DNA of 64,000 nt, taken from contig JBAUZB010000222.1 of assembly GCA_049585095.1 (NCBI GenBank), positions 109 to 64,108 on the forward strand, in the 5' to 3' direction. Of this stretch, positions 23,768 to 32,935 are shown in pieces. Every line of letters starts with the position of its first letter. Position 1 is the first letter of the stretch. A program made the position numbers and the translations under genes. A model generated the notes under the pieces. It worked only from the letters and a program-made list of their open reading frames with translations, searched no databases and was not told the DNA's origin. Origin of the DNA: Candidatus Tumulicola sp. GTDB lineage: Bacteria > Vulcanimicrobiota > Vulcanimicrobiia > Vulcanimicrobiales > Vulcanimicrobiaceae.

Positions 23768-24901
23768 TCACGCCTTGGCGCGCAGGAACGCGGGCCATCG
23801 CTCGCCGGCGTTCACGAACGCGGCCGGGCGCGCCGTTCCGCGCACCCCCGTCGTGGCCCACGTGAGCGCGGCTTTAGCGTTCTCGTTCGGCGACTCGCCC
23901 GGCGGGGCTTCGCTTCCGGGCACGCACCAGTCGAAGAGTTTGGACTGCTTGAGCGTCGCGCTCGATAACGCCCCGGCGAGGTCGGTCTCCTGCGCCAGTT
24001 CGTTGAGCGACTGTGCGAGAATCGCTTCGGCGATCAGCAGCCGCCAGAACACCGGCTTCGCCCGCGGATGGAACTTCGTCAGCAACCCGCGGATTTCGCC
24101 GAGATTCGGCTCGAACTCGGGATCGTTGGTCGAAAACCGCGCGACGAAACTCGCCCGCGAACAGACCGGATCGGTTTCGGCGCTCGGGGCAAAAGTTTGA
24201 AGCATGTCGCTGACGCCGACAATCCCCTGACGGTCGGTTTCGCGGAACTCGGGTTGACCGGCGCGCTCGGGAGCGTACGTCAGCTTCGAGTCGTACGCTG
24301 CGAGAGCGTCGTCGGCACGGAAGAGTTGCTGCAGGCATCGCGCGAGGGCCAAGCGGTTCCACGTTTCGAGCGTGCACAGCGTGACGTCGAAGTCGGCAAC
24401 GCGATCGGCGATCGCGACCGGCGCGACGATGTCGTAAATCGCCGCCTTCCAAAACGGCTTGTTGGCCTCGAGATCGCGCTGGAAGGTTCCGTCGCGGGCG
24501 GCTTGGGCCAGACCTTGGATTCGTTCCCGCGCTTGCTGAGCGCTGCGCGGAAGCACTTCGTTGAGGAACGTCTCCTTGAGGGTCAGCTCCCGGTAGCGCT
24601 CGGCGCCCGTTGCGGTCAACCACGACTGCGTTTGCGCGAGGTCGCGGTCTTGCTGGCCTTTGACACTCGTGAGAATCAACTCGTTGTTGTTCTTGATGTC
24701 GAGGATCGCGATTTTTTGGTCTTGCTGCTCGGCAGCTTGCTGATGCTGCAGGTCCAGCGACTTGTTTTGGAGAGCGTTGGACTCTCTCGAGGCCGCACGC
24801 ACCAAGAACGCGCCCACGATGCTCGCGATTGCAGCGACGCCAGCGACGGTAACGGCCACCCAACCGGGCGTCGCCGCTGCTTCGGCAAGCAGAACGTTCA
24901 T
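23768..24901 (-). CDS. Membrane-anchored hypothetical protein.
   Basis: From ORF 23768..25009, with the start moved to ATG 24901 (MNVLLAEAAATPGWVAVTVAGVAAIASIVGAFLV, an N-terminal TM). The composition is protein-like, unlike the Arg-rich overlapping frames. No family recognised. Confidence 0.5.
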   Translation of the reverse strand: MNVLLAEAAATPGWVAVTVAGVAAIASIVGAFLVRAASRESNALQNKSLDLQHQQAAEQQDQKIAILDIKNNNELILTSVKGQQDRDLAQTQSWLTATGAERYRELTLKETFLNEVLPRSAQQARERIQGLAQAARDGTFQRDLEANKPFWKAAIYDIVAPVAIADRVADFDVTLCTLETWNRLALARCLQQLFRADDALAAYDSKLTYAPERAGQPEFRETDRQGIVGVSDMLQTFAPSAETDPVCSRASFVARFSTNDPEFEPNLGEIRGLLTKFHPRAKPVFWRLLIAEAILAQSLNELAQETDLAGALSSATLKQSKLFDWCVPGSEAPPGESPNENAKAALTWATTGVRGTARPAAFVNAGERWPAFLRAKA

Positions 24902-25064
24902 GGAGTGTCGCTCAAACCGGCCTTCTCCATATGACCGTCCTTTTCGAGTCCACGCCGGGTGATTCCGGCTGTTTTCGGGGCCTTCGCTAACGAACCGGCG
25001 CGGACGCACATTAAGTTGCCTCTAAGGCGCCCGTCGTATTCTTGAGGTTGAGGGAGTTCGGCCA

Positions 25065-25490
25065 ATGCAGCGTTCGGCAATTATCGGCAGCGTTTACGGT
25101 TATCTCGTATGCCTGCTTGCCATCTTACTCTTCGTCCATAGCGGGGCCAGATCGGTGGATGGTATCTTCGGAGTCGTGAACCCGACGATGTCCGCGCATC
25201 ACCGGGGTTCGATGACCGGTACGCGGGATCGTCGTCACATGCGACCTTGGGGTGCTCCCGTCGGCATCGGCGCTGCTCAGGCTTCCGCCGCTACGGCGAG
25301 CCGTTGGCCCACGGCTGCCGGTAACGGCCGGGAGAATGCGCGAGCCGCGATGGTGGCAAACGCTCGCATGCGAGCCGCACGAGACCTCGCCGTCAACCTG
25401 ATCCTTCTCGTCGTCGCCGTCCTGCTTTTTCGCTGGCACTGGAAATGGCTTCACAACGGCCAAATGGTATCTTCGCCCGCTCCGGCTTGA
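25065..25490 (+). CDS. Membrane protein (2 TM), hypothetical.
   Basis: 141-aa ORF with the TM helices VYGYLVCLLAILLFV and LAVNLILLVVAVLLF. Confidence 0.4.
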   Translation: MQRSAIIGSVYGYLVCLLAILLFVHSGARSVDGIFGVVNPTMSAHHRGSMTGTRDRRHMRPWGAPVGIGAAQASAATASRWPTAAGNGRENARAAMVANARMRAARDLAVNLILLVVAVLLFRWHWKWLHNGQMVSSPAPA

Positions 25491-25523
25491 GCGCGCTCGT
25501 CCGCGCGCGGCGCATCGCGCGTA

Positions 25524-26306
25524 ATGAGACGATTCGAAGTTGCCGTGCTCACCGCGGTTATGGCCGCTTGCCAGGCGGAGGCCGCCCTTTCGCCGGATGA
25601 TATCTTTCTGCAGGCGCAACACGCTTGGGAAGCGCGCGCCATTCCCCGGTACGAATCGTTTCGCATTCCGTGTGACCGCACGTTCTTGGCGCCGCACTGC
25701 GACGCCGGGGAGACCGTAGAGTTCACCGTCCGCACGATCGACGGGCGCACGTTTGCTCGGGCATTTTCTACCAGCGGGAATGCCCCACGCGTGTTAATGC
25801 AAGGGGGATACATCACGGGGCCCGTCGAGACGCCGCTTGGATTCTACCGCGCTCTCCCCAATGAGCAACCGGCGGCCGTGCCGATCCCGAATCTCGCTCC
25901 CGATCCGCTGCAGACCATCGCATCGGTGACCGCGATCGGCCACGCTTACGACGTCGAACTCGCCGGGAGCGCGAAGGTCGACGGACGCCTCTGCTACCAC
26001 CTAACGCTCCGTCCCAAGATCGATCCCGATCGCTACCCGCTGCGCGAGCTCTGGGTCGCTCAAGAAAGCTTTGAAGTCGTGCAGCTCACCTACGAGCGCC
26101 CGTACGACGAGAGGCACGCGCGCGCACTCGTGCTGTATCGCTTCTCTCCGGTCGGTCCCCAACGGATTTGGACGGTTGTGCACATCGAGGCTCAAGCCTC
26201 CGTACAGGATCGCGCTTCGACGACGATCGAGCGCGTCTCCGACGACCTGACCGACGTGACGTTCCCGGAATCGGTGCCGGACTGGTACTTTCAAACACCC
26301 ACATAA
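25524..26306 (+). CDS. Secreted hypothetical protein (possibly LolA-like fold).
   Basis: 260-aa ORF with the signal peptide MRRFEVAVLTAVMAACQAEA. The fold guess rests only on the beta-rich composition. Confidence 0.45.
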   Translation: MRRFEVAVLTAVMAACQAEAALSPDDIFLQAQHAWEARAIPRYESFRIPCDRTFLAPHCDAGETVEFTVRTIDGRTFARAFSTSGNAPRVLMQGGYITGPVETPLGFYRALPNEQPAAVPIPNLAPDPLQTIASVTAIGHAYDVELAGSAKVDGRLCYHLTLRPKIDPDRYPLRELWVAQESFEVVQLTYERPYDERHARALVLYRFSPVGPQRIWTVVHIEAQASVQDRASTTIERVSDDLTDVTFPESVPDWYFQTPT

Positions 26307-26403
26307 AAACCTCCGCTGCGCGCGTGCCACTTTTTCAGGCATACGCCTTCGATCGGCGCATCCGAAGGTCGCGCTCGCGCCGCACGCGAATTCGCGTTTG
26401 CAC

Positions 26404-27366
26404 ATGAAGAAGATTGCTTTAGAGGAAGCGTATGCCGCGCCGGGCCTAGAAAAGTATTTGGAGCGGACGCTGGAACTCGTCACCCGGGAGGCACCGCGCC
26501 GCGAACTAACCTCGATGCTCGAGGACCTCGGCGAACGGCGCATCGCGGCGATGGACGATGCCGGCATCGACGTCTTCGTGCTCTCGCATACGAGTCCGGG
26601 TGTTCAAGCCGAGACCGACGCCGGCACGGCGGTGAAGCTCGCCCGTTCTGCCAACGATTATCTGCACGGGCAGATCGCGAAGTATCCGGATCGCTACCGC
26701 GGCTTTGCCCATCTCGCAATGCAGGACGTTGCGGCGGCGTCCGACGAGCTGCAACGCTGCGTGCGTGACCTCGGCTTCCTCGGTGCGATGATCAACGGCA
26801 ATACCAACGGCGTCTATCTCGACGATCGGCGGTACGATCCATTTTGGGAACGTGTCGGCGATCTCGGCGTGCCCATATACATCCATCCGGCGGATCCCTA
26901 CGTGCAGCCGCACGTCGTCGACGGTCTCCCTGAGATGCAGGGCGCGGTGTGGGGCTGGACGACGGACAACTCGTCGCACTTTCTACGTCTGGTGTTCGGC
27001 GGCTTGTTCGACCGCTTCCCCAATTTGACGGTGATTCTGGGTCATATGGGAGAAACGCTGCCCTATTTCATTTGGCGCCTCGACGGCCGTTATGCCGCGA
27101 CCGATCAGGGCGACGCCCGCAAAATCAAGCGCAAGCCATCGGAATACTTTCGCTCGAACCTCATCATCACGACGACTGGCGTCTGCCAAGACTCCGCACT
27201 GTCGTGCGCGTTGGCTGAAATGGGCGACGACCGCGTATTGTTTTCCGTCGACTATCCGTACGAAGACACCAAAGAGGCGTCCGAGTGGATCGACCGCGCG
27301 CCGCTCACCGATGCACAGCGGGAGAACGTCTGTCACGCCAACGCCGAACGCATCTTAAAAATGTAA
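26404..27366 (+). CDS. Amidohydrolase-2 family decarboxylase (gamma-resorcylate / 2,6-dihydroxybenzoate decarboxylase-like).
   Basis: The sequence MKKIALEEAY...DDAGIDVFVLSHTSPGVQ...YPDRYRGFAHLAMQD...ELQRCVRDLGFLGAMING...PFWERVGDLGVPIYIHP...FPNLTVILGHMGETLPYFIWRLD...DRVLFSVDYPYE aligns along its length with rhizobial gamma-resorcylate decarboxylase as I remember it. Confidence 0.8.
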   Translation: MKKIALEEAYAAPGLEKYLERTLELVTREAPRRELTSMLEDLGERRIAAMDDAGIDVFVLSHTSPGVQAETDAGTAVKLARSANDYLHGQIAKYPDRYRGFAHLAMQDVAAASDELQRCVRDLGFLGAMINGNTNGVYLDDRRYDPFWERVGDLGVPIYIHPADPYVQPHVVDGLPEMQGAVWGWTTDNSSHFLRLVFGGLFDRFPNLTVILGHMGETLPYFIWRLDGRYAATDQGDARKIKRKPSEYFRSNLIITTTGVCQDSALSCALAEMGDDRVLFSVDYPYEDTKEASEWIDRAPLTDAQRENVCHANAERILKM

Positions 27367-27443
27367 GCAATCGAAACCTAGAAGTCACCACATGCCGAAC
27401 ATTTCCGCGCGGCTGGTGGCCGGCGTACTCGTAATCGGGATAG

Positions 27444-28457
27444 CTACGGTATTTGCGCGATGAAACCGTCGTTCTGTCCGGCCCCTTTGTAGACGCCGAT
27501 CACCGTCCGGGCGTACACCGAGTTCGCCGACAAGGAACCAATGATCACCGGACTGCCGGCCTTCCAGTTGCGAACCGGAAGGAAGAACCCGTGAACGCTC
27601 TTGCTATTCACGTTGACGAAGTCTCCGCACAGATTGTAGTTTCCGGGTCCACCGGCCCCGGTGATGCCCTCGAAGTGGGAATCGAGCGAGTTGGGACTGT
27701 CGTACACCACTTCTTTGTTCGAGTTCAAACTGCGCACGTACGCGTGCGTTCCGCTTTTGTCGGTATATCCGCCGGCGACGGCCGTCGTGGAACGGTCGGT
27801 CCAGATTCCGTACGCGGTCGTGCTGACGGCACCCGATACGTCGATCGTCTTGAACGCGCTGCTGATGGAATCGTAAAGAAATGCGTGCCCAGTCGCCGGG
27901 TAACCGCTGGCGTCGAGGTTTTTGGACGTAACGGCGTCGTAGTTTCCAACCACGTTGTAGACGACGTCGCCGTAGATGCTGTGAGCGATCGTCTCATTGC
28001 AACCGCTCGAGCAAAAGCCCGGCGGGACGTCGAGGTTCGTATAATGGCTCGATACGGAGTCGTAGAGGAAACCGTGACTGTGCTTCGACCCGAAGTTCGT
28101 ATAACTGCCTACGAAACGAAACCCAAGGGTCGTCAAATCTGGTCCGTACGCCGACGTCGAGGTCGCACCCGGAAACTGAAACGGCGTCCAAACACCGCTG
28201 TTTTGATCGTAGGTCACCGCAACGTCTGCGCCGCCGGACCCGACGTAAAAAGCAGTAATGAGGTTGCCGCGAATGCCGGTGAGCAGCGTTGCGGTCGCCG
28301 CAGGGAACTGACTGATTGGCACGTCGAGCGTTTGCAACTGGACCTTTGCGCCGGACATCTGCGAACCGTTTAGGGGAACTGCGGCCGGGTTAGGAGCCAT
28401 TGCGCCGGAGCACCCGGCGATTGCAATCGCGAAAACGACCGCGCTAAAAGCCTTCAT
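27444..28457 (-). CDS. Lipoprotein with HAF-like repeats (hypothetical).
   Basis: From ORF 27444..28616, with the start moved to ATG 28457 (MKAFSAVVFAIAIAGCSG, lipobox). Recurrent motifs are HGFLYDSVSS, GHAFLYDSISS and VHGFFLP, each after VG.Y segments. Confidence 0.55.
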   Translation of the reverse strand: MKAFSAVVFAIAIAGCSGAMAPNPAAVPLNGSQMSGAKVQLQTLDVPISQFPAATATLLTGIRGNLITAFYVGSGGADVAVTYDQNSGVWTPFQFPGATSTSAYGPDLTTLGFRFVGSYTNFGSKHSHGFLYDSVSSHYTNLDVPPGFCSSGCNETIAHSIYGDVVYNVVGNYDAVTSKNLDASGYPATGHAFLYDSISSAFKTIDVSGAVSTTAYGIWTDRSTTAVAGGYTDKSGTHAYVRSLNSNKEVVYDSPNSLDSHFEGITGAGGPGNYNLCGDFVNVNSKSVHGFFLPVRNWKAGSPVIIGSLSANSVYARTVIGVYKGAGQNDGFIAQIP

Positions 28458-28545
28458 CGATTCGCCCACACCTTTCTTTCCAAAAGCGATCCCAGAGTAG
28501 CGCCGGCATTCGGCGAACTCAACGGCGTTTCCCGGTAGGGCAGGC

Positions 28546-28893
28546 TTAACCCGGATCGCGTGAAATCTCTCCGCGGCGCGTATAGACCTCGAACTCGATC
28601 GTGGCCGCATTATCATAGCAAGCCTTCACTAATGATTCCACGATCGGATGATAACGTGATCTGCCCCACGTGTGGCGATCGCTCCACTCACTGATAACAA
28701 CGATCGTTTTGTTATCGACGCTTAGTAAAACTTGCGCAGACAGGAAGCCAGGCAAGTTCTTGTTTTCTGCGGCGAAAGCGCTAAGCGTCTCTTCCAATAG
28801 ACCGACCGCCTGCTTCGGATCAATCTTCATCTTCATAACACTGACGACCGGCTTATCGTACTCGCCCGCGTCACGATCATCGATCAAAACCAT
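28546..28893 (-). CDS. Putative ABM (antibiotic biosynthesis monooxygenase-like) domain protein.
   Basis: 115-aa ORF. The stretch PGFLSAQVLLSVDNKTIVVISEWSDRHTW resembles the ABM ferredoxin-like-fold signature. Weak call. Confidence 0.4.
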   Translation of the reverse strand: MVLIDDRDAGEYDKPVVSVMKMKIDPKQAVGLLEETLSAFAAENKNLPGFLSAQVLLSVDNKTIVVISEWSDRHTWGRSRYHPIVESLVKACYDNAATIEFEVYTRRGEISRDPG

Positions 28894-28984
28894 GTGCTTC
28901 TAACAGCCCCTCTCGGCGTCCTCAAAAGATCTCAACCCCAGGTAAGATGGGAGCGCGATTCGCGTCGCGCTCCCATTCTCGGCT

Positions 28985-29449
28985 TTACGACGCGACGACC
29001 ATCTTGCGATGGGGAACCGCGCGGCCTTCTTCTAGATCGAGCAAGTCGGCCCAAGACGTGACGTCGGTCCGGTTGGGAGCAATCTTCGTGCGCAACTCCT
29101 GGAAGTGTTTCAACGATTCGCCGACCGGCACCGCCGAGAGCCACTTCTTATTGAAAGCCTCCACGGCTGAAGAATCTTTCCTCGCAACGAATTTGAACGC
29201 GTACGCTTTGATCTCGGCATCGGTCTTCGCGTCCTTCACGATATTGAGAAATTCCTTCGGATTCATGCCGAGGTACTCGAAGAGGCCTTGGTCCATGGGG
29301 CAATCGTACCGATACTCACCAACCTGACCGTGCGCCACGGCCTTGGCCTTGTCGGTCGTTCGAGCGAGTTGCACGATTCCTAGCATCGTTTCGCTGACGC
29401 TACGCGGCACGGTCTTAGTTAGATCCACCATAAAATGCTCAACTTTCAT
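28985..29449 (-). CDS. DUF5069-family protein.
   Basis: The motifs VDLTKTVPRS...LARTTDKAKAVAHGQVGEYRYDCPMDQGLFEYLG...TSWADLLDLEEG match the DUF5069 pattern I recall (PRS...DK.RA...G..GEY.Y.CPlD......DllDld). Confidence 0.65.
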   Translation of the reverse strand: MKVEHFMVDLTKTVPRSVSETMLGIVQLARTTDKAKAVAHGQVGEYRYDCPMDQGLFEYLGMNPKEFLNIVKDAKTDAEIKAYAFKFVARKDSSAVEAFNKKWLSAVPVGESLKHFQELRTKIAPNRTDVTSWADLLDLEEGRAVPHRKMVVAS

Positions 29450-29606
29450 TTGAGTTTCTTGTTCGCGGCTGTGTGAACCCCAAAAGACCCGGTAAGGTTA
29501 CTTCAAGCGACGCATCGTCTCGTAAGCAAGGCAATGCTTTGTGGCAAGAGGCCAACAAATGACTCCAGGAGCGGGCTTCGCCCGAACAAATGCCTGCCCG
29601 GAGCGC

Positions 29607-30374
29607 CTAAACTTTGGATTCGCCCCTGAATTTCGCGACGTCCAAGGGTTCCAGAAGCGGCCCAAACTGCGCTCGTGCGACGCCATAGCACTCGCACGAG
29701 GCGTCTTCCAAACCTTGTCGATTCAGGATCACGATGTGTCCATGCGCGTAGCGAATGAACCCAGCTTGCTGGAGCGTAGCTGCAGCGATGGTCACTCCGG
29801 AGCGGCGCGCGCCCAACATCATCGCGAGATATTCATGCGTGAGCTCGATCTTGTCGGAATTCACGCGATCGTGCGTCAGCAGCAGCCAGCGAGCGCATCG
29901 CTCGTAAATGCTATGCATGCCGTTGCATGCGGCGAGCTGCCCCAACATGTTTACGTACGCTTGCAGAAATCGATCGAGCACGCTGCGAAACTCATCGTCT
30001 CCCGCGCTGAGCAGCCGCCGAAAATGGTCGCTGGTAATGACGACGGCGCGGCCCGGAACTTGGCAGTAGCTCTCGTTGGCCGAGGTCGTTGCTCCGAGCA
30101 GCAGTGGAATTGCGGACACGCCCTCGCGGCCGACCGTTCCTACTTCGATCGAGCCGCCATCGCGCATTTGCGTCACGACTGAGAGGACGGCGTCGATTGG
30201 GAAATAGACCTCTCGTATGGGGCGCCCGGCCTCGTAGATTTGCTGCGGCGTCTCGAGCGAGACAAGTTTCCCCGTTTCGGTGACCTCTTTGATCATGGAA
30301 CGGCTCAAGCCGCCGAGAATCGCGTTTTGCTTGAGCAGAGGTTCGGTGGGGAGAAGGACTTCCTCAGCCTTCAT
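29607..30374 (-). CDS. Crp/Fnr family transcriptional regulator.
   Basis: The cNMP-binding-like N-terminal half reads IYEAGRPIREVYFPIDAVLSVV...DGGSIEVGTVGREG. The C-terminal HTH reads LTHEYLAMMLGARRSGVTIAAATLQQAGFIRY. The start was moved to ATG 30374. Confidence 0.8.
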   Translation of the reverse strand: MKAEEVLLPTEPLLKQNAILGGLSRSMIKEVTETGKLVSLETPQQIYEAGRPIREVYFPIDAVLSVVTQMRDGGSIEVGTVGREGVSAIPLLLGATTSANESYCQVPGRAVVITSDHFRRLLSAGDDEFRSVLDRFLQAYVNMLGQLAACNGMHSIYERCARWLLLTHDRVNSDKIELTHEYLAMMLGARRSGVTIAAATLQQAGFIRYAHGHIVILNRQGLEDASCECYGVARAQFGPLLEPLDVAKFRGESKV

Positions 30375-30738
30375 GCTCTCGGATACTTCCCTGACTCCTG
30401 ATTGCTGGCGTGTGCGAACGTATTTTTCGTGGTCACGTCGCACTCCTGGTGCTAAAGCGTACCGATTTTGACGTGGGACTTAAGGTATGCTGAGCTTGCA
30501 ACGATGGCCGAACCCTCGAGGCGAAGAGCGTTTCGTTCAAGCTCGTGGCGATCGGAACTCCCTTTAGCGACCGCTCTTCGGTGACCCGAGTCTGCGAATG
30601 CTCGCATCGCTAGCGCGTTTCGCTGAATCTCTCGGAACGCACTGCGTTCAAGCCCTCCCGCCGATCTAGTTAAAGGAACAGCCCCATGCGGATCTTCAAA
30701 CTACCTCGCGACGGAACGGTCCATCGGTCAACGAGAAC

Positions 30739-31332
30739 GTGATCGAAGGCAATCGCAACATTCACTCGGCGGGGCGCTCCGCTGCGACTCTCATGCTCTT
30801 CCTAGGAGCGTTGTTGGTCAGTGGGTGCACTCACCGCGCCAACGCCGAGCGTGACCTAAATTCTGGAGTTGCCCCTTTTACGGAGACGAGAAACCAGGCA
30901 GTCGCACTCGTTATGACCGCAAAACGCGCCTTGGGTGCATCCGACGTAAATCAACTCGCGGTAGCTTATGGTGCTCTCCAGGTTACAGCCAACGGCTATG
31001 CTCGTTTCTTAGTCGAATCGACGAACGTTACGTCCTTCGATGCGGATAGAAACAATAAGTACGCGACAAACCTCACGGATGCGATCAAAGCCTTCAATTC
31101 CGCTTTTGTGGGTTTGAGAGCAACCAAACAGGGTAACGCGACCGTTCCGAGCGCCTGGATTCCGGCGTTTGCAGAATCCGTAGAGCCCTACTGGAATCGA
31201 TATCACGCGACTGTTGCCGCGGCTTCGCCACAAACAAGAGCCGGTTTGACACGACAGTTAACCAGCGACGTCCTTTGGCCGAATTTTGAAGACATCGCCA
31301 CGGAGTCGTTGACGGCGTCGGGCTCGCATTGA
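30739..31332 (+). CDS. Lipoprotein, hypothetical.
   Basis: 197-aa ORF with the signal/lipobox RSAATLMLFLGALLVSGC. No family recognised. Confidence 0.5.
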   Translation: MIEGNRNIHSAGRSAATLMLFLGALLVSGCTHRANAERDLNSGVAPFTETRNQAVALVMTAKRALGASDVNQLAVAYGALQVTANGYARFLVESTNVTSFDADRNNKYATNLTDAIKAFNSAFVGLRATKQGNATVPSAWIPAFAESVEPYWNRYHATVAAASPQTRAGLTRQLTSDVLWPNFEDIATESLTASGSH

Positions 31333-31352
31333 AGTAAGCCCTTCAGGAAAGA

Positions 31353-31598
31353 GTGGAACGTATGCTGCAAGAGCAGCGGGCCCGTTCGCAATACGGCGAG
31401 CCTGAAACCTCAGACGAGATTGCGCTCGGCCACATGTACGAGTATGGCGAGCGAGTGCCGCAAGATTTCGCCACCGCACTGCACTGGTACCAGTTGGCCG
31501 CCGCCACGCGTGATACGGCAGCGGAGGCCGGCGTGCAACGAGTTGAGCTGATCCTCAATCTACCGCGCTCAGTCGCGCCACGCCAACTGCCGGCATGA
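31353..31598 (+). CDS. Sel1-like repeat protein (short).
   Basis: The sequence ALGHMYEYGERVPQDFATALHWYQLAAATRDTAAEAG fits the Sel1 repeat consensus (LG.mY..G.gV.qD...A..WY..AA). Confidence 0.45.
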   Translation: MERMLQEQRARSQYGEPETSDEIALGHMYEYGERVPQDFATALHWYQLAAATRDTAAEAGVQRVELILNLPRSVAPRQLPA

Positions 31599-31728
31599 CG
31601 GGTTTGCCTCAGGGTCGAAATGTCGCTCGAGAAACCGGTTTATAGTCAGTTGGTCTTAAACCGTACAGAATCGTCGCCAAGCCCCTGATAGGCTATGCGC
31701 GAACGCCGGCGTTCGGAATGGTGTAAGG

Positions 31729-32016
31729 TTGCTCGGCTCAAGTAAACCGTTTAGGCTATATATTCACCGCGAGAGTGGGCGCCTGATCGGATTGTGTGCC
31801 GAGTTGCGAGCGATCGTCGAGGGCTCTACCCTCGAGGAGATCCTCGCCGAAACCAAAGTCCTGATCGCCGGCTCGGCCTTGAGTTCCGAACCGTTAAAAC
31901 CACGCATCAGCGTTCGCATCGACCCGAACTCACGGATTTCCGCAAAAAACCCGCACCGCGCCTTAAGATCTGCAGTATGCGGCAAGACGTCACGGCCTGG
32001 AGAAAATCATGTATAG
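31729..32016 (+). CDS. Possible HicB/DUF1902-like small protein.
   Basis: The ORF has a TTG start. The stretch FRLYIHRESGRLIGLCAELRAIVEGSTLEEILAETKVLI resembles the HicB/DUF1902 core. No HicA partner was seen. Weak call. Confidence 0.25.
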   Translation: MLGSSKPFRLYIHRESGRLIGLCAELRAIVEGSTLEEILAETKVLIAGSALSSEPLKPRISVRIDPNSRISAKNPHRALRSAVCGKTSRPGENHV

Positions 32017-32194
32017 CGACGAGAACCTGATCTGCGCCGATTGCAGCAGAATGTTCGCGTTTACTACGAGCGAAAAAGAGCTTTTCGCTCAAAAAGGCTT
32101 CACGAACAAGCCGGGCCGATGCCCTGACTGCCGCGCCGCGCGCAAGGCGTCGGGACGCAGTGGCCCTAGCCCAGGCTATAGATCGCCGAGGTGA
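32009..32194 (+). CDS. Zinc-ribbon domain protein (zf-trcl-like, CxxC...CxxC).
   Basis: The sequence MYSDENLICADCSRMFAFTTSEKELFAQKGFTNKPGRCPDCRAARK matches the widespread small zinc-binding family (C.dC...F.ft..Eq.F...kGf.n.P.RC..CR). The SD GGAGAA lies 5 nt upstream. Confidence 0.65.
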   Translation: MYSDENLICADCSRMFAFTTSEKELFAQKGFTNKPGRCPDCRAARKASGRSGPSPGYRSPR

Positions 32195-32244
32195 GATAGG
32201 CTCCGTGGGTCGTTCGGGAGAAGCAGACCCAACGGGAGTTTCTC

Positions 32245-32436
32245 ATGAACAAATGGTTCATCGGTCTTATAGTGACGGCAATCGCGTTGATCGGCGCCGG
32301 AGCACTGGGTGGTTCAGCCCAACCCTTCCCCTACCCCAGCCCCTCGCCATCTATGCCGAACACGTCACCCATGCCCACGATGACGATGCTGCCCACATCG
32401 CCAATGCCGTTGCCGTCTTCGACGCCATCACCGTAA
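32245..32436 (+). CDS. Small Pro/Ser-rich secreted peptide (hypothetical).
   Basis: 63-aa ORF. The signal-like N-terminus MNKWFIGLIVTAIALIGAGALG is followed by a PSP-rich tail. Confidence 0.35.
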   Translation: MNKWFIGLIVTAIALIGAGALGGSAQPFPYPSPSPSMPNTSPMPTMTMLPTSPMPLPSSTPSP

Positions 32437-32463
32437 GCACCGCAAAACCGTGAGGCGCCAGAA

Positions 32464-32613
32464 GTGACACCGCGTAGAAACTGGATAGACTGGCCACACA
32501 TTGCCCTAGCGGTCATACTCATCGTGCTTTGGATCGGTGCTCTGATCGCCTACGTATCGGTTGACCCATGTTTTACCCAAGAGCAATGCGATCGCCCGTA
32601 TCTCAATACATAG
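32464..32613 (+). CDS. Possible 49-aa single-TM protein.
   Basis: Hand translation from GTG 32464 gives VTPRRNWIDWPHIALAVILIVLWIGALIAYVSVDPCFTQEQCDRPYLNT. Below the ORF-track cutoff. Speculative. Confidence 0.2.
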   Translation: MTPRRNWIDWPHIALAVILIVLWIGALIAYVSVDPCFTQEQCDRPYLNT

Positions 32614-32718
32614 CCAAAGCGCCGTATCGCCCTCAGTCGCGCGAAAAAGCACTGTAACGCGGGGAGGCTAACTCAGGACCCACACGATTAAGCACGTCTT
32701 AATTCCAACCTCTGCCAG

Positions 32719-32935
32719 TACAACAACGCGGCGATCGGCGTGGCCGGGTGCGTGATCGAGAGCGTTACGCGCGAGCGGCGACCTCGATTTGAGGCTCGCA
32801 TTTTATCGCGACGAGTACGTGCTGACCACCGACGCCAACGGCCAGCACAATCGCAGCGAATTCGTGCGCGGACCGGACGGCCGGGTCACGTGGTTCCGCG
32901 ACGGCGGTCGCATTACGCGCATCAGGGCTGAGTTT
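32719..32935 (+). pseudogene. Possible serine-hydrolase/beta-lactamase-family gene remnant.
   Basis: One frame reads YNNAAIGVAGCVIESVT (like the YSN..y.llg.iie.vtG motif). A shifted frame then reads DLRLAFYRDEYVLTTDANGQHNRSEFVRGPDGRVTWFRDGGRITRIR (like the family C-terminus). The N-terminal catalytic part and the middle are absent. Confidence 0.3.

Noticed and set aside
23775-24934. Alternative frames over the 23768..24901 gene (23874..24863, 24068..24934 and 23775..24200).
   Set aside because: They are extremely Arg-rich or low-complexity. The chosen frame has a plausible N-terminal TM helix and balanced composition. Confidence in any product remains low.
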